In this document: piece after piece, positions 53,704 to 64,000 of the stretch
Layout of the letters: the number at the start of each line of letters is the position of its first letter
Numbering within the stretch: the stretch's first letter is position 1
From: Camelus dromedarius
Taxonomy: Eukaryota
Assembly (NCBI RefSeq): GCF_036321535.1
Contig: NC_087437.1
Span: forward strand, 103,108,001-103,172,000
Reading direction: 5' to 3'
Length of the DNA stretch: 64,000 nucleotides
Translations under genes and position numbers: made by a program
Notes under the pieces: model-generated
Databases searched by the model: none
What the model was told of the DNA's origin: nothing
Seen by the model: the letters and a program-made list of their open reading frames with translations, nothing else

Positions 53704-53946
53704 ACGTGGTCAGGTGACAAGCTGGGTAACCCCACTGGGACCAATCCTAACACTTTAGAATGTGTTTCTGGCATTTGTTCTTCCTTTGTCAAAGAGATGT
53801 TCCATTTTTTAAAGATATTGTATAGATATTTACCAGAATAACAAATGCTTTATGCTGACAGACGTATGAAATGTGGAATAATCTTAATTAGGTTTACTAT
53901 AAAATGTACATCAATAATTTGACTATTAGACAAATAACATAGTTTT

Positions 53947-54728
53947 TAAAAATTTTTATTAAATTATAGTAAGTTTGCAATATTGTGTCAATTTCTGGTG
54001 TACATCATAATAGTTCAGCCATATGTATACATACATATATTTGTTTTCATATTCTTTTTCATTATAGGTTACTACAAGATATTGAATATAGTTCCCTGTG
54101 CTATACAGCATGAACTTGTTGTTGATCTATTTTATATATAGTAGTTAGTATCTGCAAATCTCAAATTCCCAATTTATCCCTTCCCACCCACATCCCTCCC
54201 TGGTAACCATAAGTTTGTTTTCTATGTGTGTGAGTCTGTCTCTGTTTTGTAAATAAGTTCATCTTTTTTTTTAGATTTCACATCTAAGTGATTATATATG
54301 GTGTTTTTCTTTCTCCTTCTGGCCTACTTCTCTTAGAATGACAATCTCCATGTCCATCCATGTTGCTTCAAATAGCATTATTTTAATTATTTTTTATAGC
54401 TGAGTAATAATTCCATTGTATAAATATACCATAACTTCTTTATCCAGGCATCGGTCAATGTACATTTAGGTTGTTTCCATGTCTTGACTATTGTAAATAC
54501 TGCTGCTATGAACATTGGGGTGCATGAATATTTTCAAATTAGTGTTCCCTCTAGATATATGCCCAGGAATGGGATTGCTGGATTGTATGGTAAATCTGTT
54601 TTTAATCTTTTGTGGAATCTCCATACTGTTTTCCGTAATGGCTACACCAAACTTCATTCCCACCAATAGTGAAGGAGGATTCCCTTTTCTCCACACCTTC
54701 TCCAGCATTTATCATTTGTGGACTTTTT
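53947..54728 (-). mobile_element. 5'-truncated LINE-1 (ORF2 C-terminus + 3' UTR) with TSD
   Basis: 13-bp TSD ataacatagtttt (53934-53946 / 54729-54741). ORFs 54466-54708(-) and 54602-54829(-) are off-frame reads of the ORF2 Cys-rich C-terminal region. Confidence 0.9.
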
Positions 54729-55249
54729 ATAACATAGTTTTGACTTAAACTTTCTGCCCTAAGCACACGTATTCTCACTGAGTCCCCATGGTTTATTTCC
54801 TTTAAAAGTGACACTTCAATCTTGCTCACAGTTTCCTTATCAGATAGGCCTAAGTACTTTCAACACTGTCTAGAATTACTCTCTTAAACCTGGTCAACCT
54901 ACAACATGCTCTTACAGTCACTCCTCCTTGGAAGTGCTCTGACACAAAAATTCTCTCTCCCCTAGAATGAGCAAGCAACATCATATGTCTTACATTATAC
55001 TGTATTTATATTTTAGTATATTATATTATGTTGTATTTTTAATATTATAGCTCTCTGATTTCTCTTCTTTCCTAGCTTATAAACCCTCTGAGTGGACCTA
55101 GCATGGATATTCTTTGCAGTATTTCAAGTGGCAGAAGCATATGATTGTAGAGGGAATGATGAAATTTGGTAGAGATGGGAGACTGGGAAGGATTATTTTG
55201 CATACCTTATGATGTGTCTTTATAAGATGAATTCATTATAGATCCCTTT

Positions 55250-56335
55250 TCAATACTTATATGTCTACAGAAGCAGTTTTCAAGGGGAGACCGAGGTTCA
55301 AGATGTTTATTAGGGATAAACAGCTTTGAAAGGAGAGGAGGAAGCAAAATTGGGAATATGGGGTAATTGAACTGTAATGCAGGTGCCACAAAATCTCAAT
55401 CAACCGGATAAGGGGCTCTCAAGAGAACATGATCCATCTTGTATGAACCACTTCATTTGTAATAACTTGTTATTGAGCAGCATGAACTTGTGATGGTCAG
55501 TAGCCATGTCTGAGTGGGCAGGTCCAGTTACATGGCCACCTGGTCTGATCCTGATTCCCTGGCCAGTCATTAATTCTTGCTCAGTAGCATACCAGGATTT
55601 TTTAAAAAAATATTTAATTCTGTACTGCATATTGTACTGCAATGTTCACAAAACCAGGGGACCTCATTGTGATTCTCCTACTGGGGGTGACCACAGATTC
55701 CACTCAACATTTCTTCCCATCCCTAATATATCAAATGGCATCAGACTCAGTGCATCAATCACATGGCCTGAGTGGCAGGGCTGCTTGAACCACTGCTCAG
55801 ACCTGTTGCAGTGCCCTCTTCTGCTGCTGCCCCCATTCAGTGCTGGCACGACAGCCTTGTGCACCACTCAGTGCTTAGGCAGCTTTTCCATGTGTACATT
55901 TCAAAAGCCCTGTGCCTCTCACTTACTGATGAATACCCTTTCTTATCACCTGCTTTATCAGAGACTCTTAGTTTTGATATCAACATCTCTACATTTTATT
56001 ATCCAGTAGCAGACACAGAGATGTAGTTTGGACTGCATCATGTCTTATAAAAAGAATCAGGACTTGGATCAGGCAGAAGGGAAGTTGGACTTTGCTGGAG
56101 GCATGATGACGCCTCATCAAGGAACTCTCAAGGATTACCCTACAGAATGTCCACTTCAGGCTAAAATGGCCAGTCCTTTATACCCCTGCTTCCTCCATTA
56201 CTCAGGTGCAAGCTCCTCTGGGAAGAGTTCAGCTGTGTTAGAAATGGCTCTCTACACCTGAGGTGGACCCTGTCAGCTGACTGAATTACCTCTAGCTAGG
56301 CAGAAAGTGGGATCTTAGCTGAAATCTCCACAATT
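55250..56335 (-). mobile_element. Internally deleted ERV-L provirus: LTR16-like LTRs flanking a pol fragment
   Basis: Minus strand reads EWG/QQQKRALQQV*AVVQAALPLRPCD, then WNLWSPPVGESQ, then KWFIQD, collinear with recalled ERV-L pol (EWGPEQEKALQQVQAAVQAALPLGPYD...WSLWQAPIGESQ...KWYIRD). Same-orientation LTR16-like blocks at ~55250-55430 and ~55986-56335. Confidence 0.75.
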
Positions 56336-56875
56336 CACCATAATATATATTTTTAGTATGTGTATATTTTAAATAACATCCAAAAAGCTGATCTAATTTG
56401 ACAGACTTTAAAATTGTGTTGAAGTTTGAATTTTTGTGAGATCTAATAAGCTCTACAATGCATGTGTCTACGTATAGTTATGAATATGTGTATACACAAA
56501 CCTCAGAATTTATAACCTTCATTTATTTAGCTCTATTACTCATTTTTCTATAGCAAAGTATTTCTATTAAATAAATCATCAACACATTTAAATATATTGC
56601 TTTTTCTGTGCCAAACAGTTTCTGTAATATTTTCTGAGTCATCTACTAGCTTATTCAAAAACCAAAATTGGTATATATTAAGTTGAGCAAATTCTCATTT
56701 CATACGTGAAGACTTGTTGATTATGTATTGTTTGGAGTGAAATTACCCTTAAAGTTTATTCACTTCACCCCACCCTCTATATTGAAAATCTTCTAAAATG
56801 ACCATGTTCCTCCCTGTTGAGTCAAAATACCAGTGATCAGGTAATTAACATAAAATTAAAGATAGCCAACATTTC

Positions 56876-57279
56876 TGTCTTAGCAGGCAGCTGCTATAAC
56901 AAAATTTCTTAAATTGGGAGGCTTAAATAACAAATATTTATTTCCCACAGTTCTGGAGACTGGGAATTCCAATTTCAAGGTACCGTATTATTTAGTTCCT
57001 GTGGGGTCGCTCTTTCTGGCCTGCAGATGGCCGCCTTCTCACCATGTTCCCACATGGAAGAGGGAGAAAAATAGAGAGATTAAGAAAGGGGTTAGGGGGA
57101 GAGCATTCAGAGCTCTCAGGTTTCTAGTCCTCTTCTTATAAGAACACTTATATGAGGACTTCAACCTCCTGACCTCACCCAAACCTAATTATCTCCCAAA
57201 GGCCCCCACCTCCAAATATGATCACATTAGAACTTCAACATATAAATTGGGGGCGGGGGGGGCACTTCAGTCTGTAACA
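56876..57279 (-). mobile_element. MLT1A-like MaLR solo LTR, TG...CA termini
   Basis: tgtcttagc...cacagttctggagactgggaattccaa...ttcagtctgtaaca. 5-bp TSD atttc/gtttc. Confidence 0.88.
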
Positions 57280-57299
57280 GTTTCCTAAATATTCATTTC

Positions 57300-57550
57300 A
57301 TTGCAGTTAATGTGTTCAGAATTGAAAATAAATTAAGTCAACAGACTTTGACCACAAACTGAAGTATTAGGTAGTATCAGTATTCTCTGTTTTACAGAGG
57401 ATGAATCTGAGGACAATTCATATAAAGGAGAAAGCTAAGACTGTAAAGTGTAATGTCTTATTCCTAAGGTCATATGGATAAGTAATAATGAAACTAAAAT
57501 TCAAACCCAGACAAGTAATCTGATTCCAAAGACTGTACTATTAATTATTA
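57300..57550 (-). mobile_element. MIR SINE
   Basis: 'ctgttttacagaggatgaatctgagg', 'cctaaggtcatatgg' and 'attcaaacccag'. Confidence 0.6.
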
Positions 57551-58439
57551 TGTACTTTTTATCTTCTATTCAGTTAAGAGTTTGGAAAGGGGAACACAAA
57601 TTATTGCCTTATAGAGCTAGACTAAGACACACACACACACATACACACACATATAAAATGCATAATGTGTAGTGTATGTGTAATGCATAATGTTTAGTGT
57701 GTGTGTGTGTGTGTGTGTGCCTCTGTCTGTGTGCCTATTTCAGTGTGTTTTAGATAGTGGGAGGCAGTTGTATAGAGAATTTATGGAAAAATTTTCCTGA
57801 CCAAGTTAAATATGAATTTGAACATTGAAATATCACTGTTATTTGAGACTTTATGATTAGAAAAGAAGAAATCTGAGAGGGAAGGGAAGAGAAAGGAGGG
57901 AAGCAGGAAGGAAGAAAAAGGAAGGCATTTTAAACATGGTTATTCGTTCCACTCCATATATGGATGGTTGACTAGACTACAGCATGACATGGAACATGTA
58001 TGATGACCATTGTGTGTATGTGAATTGTGAGATTACATGATATAATCGTTGGCGATTTCAGAAGGACCACAACTGAAAAAAAAATTATGACATAATAGGT
58101 TCATTCCATTGTGCTTCAATGCATTATGAAGACATAAGAATCAGGGTTATTCACTAAAAACATCATTATAAGGAAGCTAAAGAATGTGGCCCAAGTACAT
58201 AGCTTATTTAGCTTGATTCAAGGGTGAAAGTTAGATGATACGGAGCAGAAGACAGGCTTGAGAGATAGTGAGCATCTCAAAAATTGTACTCAACTTTTTC
58301 ATTGTCTGTATATTCATATTCTGGAGAGGAGATCCATAGCATTCATTCATGTCCCCAAAGGTTTATCATAAAAATGTTTTTATTTTAACTTTGTTTTAAA
58401 TTTTTAGTTTAGCTGAATGTACAATTCAAACTTGATAGT

Positions 58440-59200
58440 TACTTCCCTTTGGTAATCTAAAAACATTTTACTCTCTTCTGGCTTCCATTGCTACTATTTT
58501 GAAGTCTGCTGTGAGTTGTAATTTTTTGTAAATATTACATATCTTAATGTGGATTTCTATATTTGCTGTACTTGGGTTTCAGTTTGATTTCTGAATCTGA
58601 AGACCCATATCTTTCATCACTTCTGGGAATGTTATACCATTACCTTCTTGAATATTGTGTCTTCTCCCATTCTCTCTATCCCTTTATTCTGAAAGTCTGT
58701 GTCACATGCCAATCTTGTTATTTTAGAACTTAGAATATATCTCTTACAAATATTTTATTGTTTCTTTCTTTTATTATCTTATTCAGCTCTGGCTACTAGT
58801 TCATTAATTCCTTGCTCACTTATGTTTAGTCTTTCATTCAACCCCTCTATTAAACTTTTAACCTAATGATCACATTTATATTTTATGTGAGTTCTATTAG
58901 CTCATGGGTCTTTTTTCAGCACACTGTCACTCATGATGGATAATGCGCTAGCATATTTTATGGCTTTAGATTGTAGTGTCATATTTTACTTATTCTATTT
59001 ACTGGGCATCATGCAAGGCCTGAGGTTTGGGTGTGTTGTTCCACAGAAGGTAGTCCTCTGCTTTTGTTAATTGTCAGGAGTATTACAAAGCTGGACACAC
59101 TAGAGCACCCTAAGTTACTTTCATGACTTGGGATATTCTGTACTATGACAGCAGGTTTATAGTTACTGATTTTCAAAGAAGTGTTTATCTTACACCCCTA
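58440..59200 (-). mobile_element. Old L1M 5'/ORF1 fragment
   Basis: 'tcttctggcttccattgct...aagtctgctgt' and 'ttctgaatctgaagacccatatctttcatcacttctggga'. Resembles the L1 segment at ~14530-14810. Confidence 0.55.
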
Positions 59201-59255
59201 TTAAATTAGGATTTGGTTCAATGCTAAGTCGGATTAATTTTAGTTGCTAGTAGTC

Positions 59256-59256
<1 letters not shown>

Positions 59257-59293
<37 letters not shown>
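59257..59293. repeat. (TG)~18 microsatellite
   Basis: Directly visible. Source of the HTHT/CVCV ORFs. Confidence 0.95.
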
Positions 59294-59299
<6 letters not shown>

Positions 59300-62200
59300 G
59301 CTCACATTTTAGGAGTCCCAGACTCAAATATCCCTCTTGCATCTTTTTCCCCAGTGAGGATATTAAAAACCAATCTTCTGTATCAGAGATACAGAAAGCT
59401 CTCAGTTGTCTGAGTACCAGTGATGTTTTCAACAGGACTGCAGTAATTGACAGAAATGCGGTTTTGCCTGTTCCCCTAACTCATGTCTCCACATCCCCTT
59501 CCTTTTTGATGATTTAGAGCCTGTTTTCCTTTTCTGTCAGATAATATGTGCATTTTAAAAGATTTTTGAAAATGACGTGTATGATCTGTAAGTGTCTTTA
59601 CGAGACTTGTTTTTCTGGCTATGTAGCAGGTGATCCTATGCTGAAAATCTGAAGATATTTTTTAAAACACATATGCATTCTCAAATAGTGAAGAAATGCT
59701 TCTTTTGTGTATTTGTTTTATAGTTTGTGCTAACCATTCGTCTTAAAGTTTAAGCGATTTTTATAAACATAATTATACTCATTGCCTTTGAGGTATTTGT
59801 TAGAAGACAGATTTAGATTTATCTATGGAAAAGACAGGTGTGTATGATCATGAACATTTCAGTTACTACTTTTTTGTGCTCTCAGAGTAGCTTTATTTTT
59901 TTTCTTTAATTTACATGAATTTAGTTGATGTTTAGTTACTTTTCTTTGTTCATAAATATCTATAATTCATTATATAATAGTCATGTATATGCTTTAATTT
60001 CTATAATCAACACCTAGAAATAAGTTTCTGCTCTTACTTGATTGTGATGTCATTTAGCAGGAATATTTTAATGCTAAAATTCTAAATTAGTAAATTCTGA
60101 TTCTAAATAACTCATTAATTAATTTCCTACAAATTTTACTTGCTCACTCTGCACCTGGTTGTAATCATAGGGGACAATTGAAGCTTGGACCTATTACTAA
60201 ATTCTTCTCCAAGGTTTAGCTGTAGCCTTACTAATCATACTGATCATTGATGTGACACAAAGCTAATTTTCAAAACATGAAGAATTGGGGAAAAAATCTG
60301 ATATAAAATACTTGAACTATTCAAATATAGAATGTGAGTCATTCTGACATTTAATTTTGAGTGGAAAACATGTATCACAGGTGTAGCAAGACTTTTTGGT
60401 TGGAAGAGCTACATGACGTATTCATTACTATATCATTTAACACTTTGTAAGTGTCTTCTGCACACCTCATTGGGCATAAATGGAGAGAAAATAATAATCT
60501 TGCAAAACAGCTACACAGTTTTCAGTCTTCAAAATCAAAACGAAAAATTAATATTCTAAAATATCAAGTTCTTTTTAACATAGCATAAAACAATTCTCTC
60601 AAGTATCATAAGCTGTTTCTTTTGATTTGTGAAACGTTTAGCAAGCTAGAATCACACATAGAAGTCCTTCCAGTGTCAACCAACAGTATTATATTCTCTG
60701 CTTTATTTGGGTCTTAGCTTATAGTAGCATTTCTCTTTGTTCCTGAGAAAAGAGAGAAGAATTTTATTTGAAAATAAGAGTATTTTCTAAATAGAATTTC
60801 ATTGGAAATTTATTTTTTCAAATTCTTGCCTTTTCACGAATCAAAGAATGTAATAATTGACTACAAATTGGAAATAACGACACAGTTGGGTTTTTCAGCC
60901 CTTTCATCACATAGTTCCACTAAACCTTCAGTGTGTCTTTGCAGGATGCAGTCTTAGTATGGATATTTTAATTTATAGATGGTAATTTTAGCATTATAGT
61001 ATTTAGTTTGCAAACACTATAATTAAGATTATGTTCATGCTTCATTATTACATATAATTCCAAACTTTTCATCTAGGTTTTATTTCAACAAAAGATCTAT
61101 ATTAATTAAAATTTTAAAGAAAAAAATCAGATTATATGGAAGAAAAAGCCATTTTCAATTACTGAGAAAAGAATCATTCAATAAACATCTTTTCCAAGAT
61201 TGTTTTGAAGTACAATTTTGGATTTATGAAATATATGCCTGTGTCTGATAGATTAGCTAACTCATTTTGAAAAAAGCTTAAATTGGAATAGAGAGAAGAT
61301 TAATACTACTCTCCTCTATTTTTTTTTCAATTTAACATTTATATTTTTCAATTTGCCTATCAATTTTAAAATTTCTAAATCTTTTAGTCTCTGATCATTT
61401 ATTTCATGAGCACAATATATTATCTTATCTCTCTGATAATTGTAATGATAGTCTGTTTTCAGAGTTGCTTTTGCTCCCTGATTTTTTTCCCTAGACTTAT
61501 TTTGTTGTTGTGATTGTTATTTGTTTCATTTTCTGTCACTCACATTGGAAACTTTCCTCAAGTACTTGGTGACCCTTGTCTGGGTGTTTATATTTAAAAG
61601 TGAGATGAAAACACCAATGGGCTCAGTTCATAAAGGCAAGGATTTGCGATCAGATGGGTATATAATTTCCCCATCCACAAAGGTCTATGAAATGTCGGCT
61701 ACTTGTAGATTTTTTTTTTTGAAGCTGTTTAGTTATTATTGACATAGCTGGATACCAAGGCTTTGTGGAAAAACAACTTGAGTCAGATGGTATCCCATGA
61801 TTTTTTTCCTGTACATCAACTCCACATTGCTCATGCTTATAACTGCTTAGAGTCTAAAGCTTCCTTGATTCAATTTATCTAGAAAACAGACTTCATCTTC
61901 TGTTGAGATGAGAGACAGGAATTTATGTTGCCTTAAATCTGAGAAGAGAACATGAGAGTACAATTGTTCAAATTGTTTGATGACCATCCATTTTTTTGGT
62001 TCCCATGTTTTTGGATTTAAAATTCCTGAGACTCCTGAGTTCTGTAGGTCTAATCTGTTTATCTCCACTTGCCATCTCATCTTTGTATACAGATATTTAT
62101 TATTGTTTTGTTATATTTTTACTTTTTTTTCCCAATTTTTAAAACACAGACAATATTAAATTGAATTTATTAATTTATGGATAACCATAGTGTTGACAAT

Positions 62201-63017
62201 TACTCTTTTAGAAAAATGAGTGTATCCATGTTTTGTACTGAGTAATGATTAGTACTTATAATAAGCTAAACTTCCTGCTTTGTTGTGTGGCTTGTGAGAA
62301 AAAAAATCACATTTATCTTGGAAACTGGCTAGTCCCATATGCACACCAGGTGGAAATTTTAAATATAAATTTGTTCCAAAACTTGCTAGTTTTTCCCAAC
62401 AAAAACCAGAATAACAAAGGCTACTGAATATGGACAGTGTGGAGTTGTGTATATTGTATAATATACATCTTAAAGAAGAGCTATTTACACATATTATGAG
62501 GTGAGTGGCACCTACTGAGGTTATTCAATATGGCAGCTGCTTATTGGTAGGTATTTTTGCATTGCATTAAAGAACCTATTAGAATTGACAAGATAGTTTG
62601 ATCCAACCAGTTCTATATTTGGGAAGCATACTACTTGATGTTCACCTCAAAATTTTACTGCTAAAATAATCCACTCATTATGCAAAAGATTTCAGTTTAT
62701 TCAACAGTTCCTGGATTCTTCATTGGTAATTGAGGAACTCATTGTATATGTATAGTTCTATGTCTGTAGAGTACATAGTAATGTATGAGGGCATATATCT
62801 TTCTATTAAATTGTCCGTTAGTTGTTTTTTTTTTTAATAAAAATACATAATATTGGGCTTCTTTTAATCAGAGTATAAAACTCAGAAAGTAAGTAATTGC
62901 TAATGAAAACATTTTATTAAATTATTGCCTGTAATTGTTTCTTCCATGATCACAGTTGAGTATGAAACCTTGTTGTTTTTGTTAGTATTTGAAAAGAAGG
63001 CCCCCCCAAAATAATAA

Positions 63018-63160
63018 GGGGCAGATATAGCTCAATGGTAGAGTGCGTGCTTAGCATGCATGAGGTCCTGGGTTCAATCCCCAGTACCTCCACTGAAATA
63101 AATAAATAAATAACCTCATTACCTCCCTCCCAAAAACAAATTAAAAAAATAAATAAGCAA
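63018..63160 (+). mobile_element. tRNA-Ala(AGC)-derived SINE (camelid-type), copy 2
   Basis: A box TAGCTCAATGG (63028), anticodon arm CGTGC-TTAGCAT-GCATG, B box GGTTCAATCCC (63071), then (TAAA)n-'acctcattacctccc' tail. Flanking aaaagaag repeats at ~62992 and ~63160. Confidence 0.88.
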
Positions 63161-64000
63161 AAAGAAGTCCAGTGTTACTTAAAACACAGAGTAAAAATAA
63201 CAAGACTGAGCATCACAACTCAACTAAAGTTAGAGTAAGCCCATAAGTATTTTTTCAGACATGTGTTGCCATGTAATTATGCTACCTAAGTTGTGACTTC
63301 CCTAAATTTGTGGGGAGTTTTCTCTGTTGTGTTATGGTGCAATCAAAAGTGAAGAGATAGTTGATAAGTCTTTATGTTACTTTAAAAGTTCCTTTTTAAT
63401 TTGTGGGGGACTGCACCTCAGAAATTACACCTGCGTAATATATAACATGATCATACTTTTAGGTATTACGTTTCCCCTACTTTCGAACCATACAGACACA
63501 ATGGCTTATTTTAACTACAAAAAGGAATTCCCTGTTTTCTTTTTCTCTTGTCTGTGTTTTCGTGTGTGTTATGTTCTTGAAACATATATTACTATATATT
63601 TTCTTTTGTTTTATGATACATTAGTAGGTACCTTTTATACATAATGAGTAAAGGATTCATGTGGTCCAGTGACATGAACCTGTGATAGTTACTTTATGTT
63701 TGAAGTGCTGTAATATAACGTTTCTCAACAAGCTTCTTTAGCTGCTAATTGTGATGAAATGGGTCTAAAAGTGTTTTTTGAGTTGTCTGTTTTGTTCTTT
63801 AAGTAATCCTATGGTTTCTGAATAGCTGAAAATTATTGTTAACATCATTTCAAATTACACTTTAAGGTTTATTCCAATGTTTCTTTTAATGTTACTTACA
63901 GTTGCCTGAGTGAAACTGAATTTCCCTCTACATATCAGACTATTCAATTTCACAATTTTAGAGGCAATTTGAAATAATCATTATTTAGTGTTAGTGCTAA

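Larger units (their letters stand above)
1..64000 (+). other. NCAM2: Internal segment of NCAM2 transcription unit (no promoter, first exon or last exon in window)
   Basis: Four collinear + strand exons splice into SPDGRIEV...LDIE-Y-APKF...MILE-IAPT...LALA-D-VPSSP...SHGVQ, recognisable as NCAM2. Introns are 11653-31184, 31373-35586 and 35684-50757, all GT..AG. Confidence 0.96.

Noticed and set aside
55506..56009. 167-aa + strand ORF as a nested gene
   Set aside because: It is antisense to a decayed ERV-L pol fragment and has no recognisable domain.
59247..59517. HTHT/CVCV repeat proteins
   Set aside because: They are translations of a (TG)n microsatellite.
63018..63092. Functional tRNA-Ala gene (also 39756-39826)
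   Set aside because: The acceptor stem is disrupted by extra or mismatched 5' bases, and both copies carry the same SINE tail and A-rich end.
1..64000. Novel multi-gene, prokaryotic or CRISPR-like system
   Set aside because: The sequence is eukaryotic intron/exon DNA with no operons, no regularly spaced repeat-spacer array and no long ORFs. Short ORFs outside the exons and retroelements have low-complexity composition typical of AT-rich noise.

Overview
AT-rich, CpG-poor mammalian genomic DNA lying entirely inside the neural cell adhesion molecule 2 gene (NCAM2/OCAM), + strand. Four internal coding exons (11502-11652, 31185-31372, 35587-35683, 50758-50931; 610 nt) have canonical AG/GT sites and splice in frame. 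They encode the second half of Ig4, all of Ig5 and the first half of FnIII-1. The 97-nt exon is absent from the ORF track. The rest is intron with L1, L2, MIR, MaLR LTRs, hAT MITEs, a collapsed ERV-L provirus, microsatellites and two tRNA-Ala-derived SINEs. The SINEs and the L1 3' UTR style suggest a camelid (inference). I see no convincing new multi-gene system, and nearly all listed ORFs are noise. The best leads are an ~85-bp-arm inverted repeat bracketed by two convergent L1 tails, a candidate in-frame 6-nt microexon at the Ig5/FnIII hinge, and a cryptic acceptor that would truncate the protein after Ig5. Repeat family names and exon numbers come from memory of consensus sequences and need RepeatMasker/alignment confirmation. 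Repeat boundaries are approximate.
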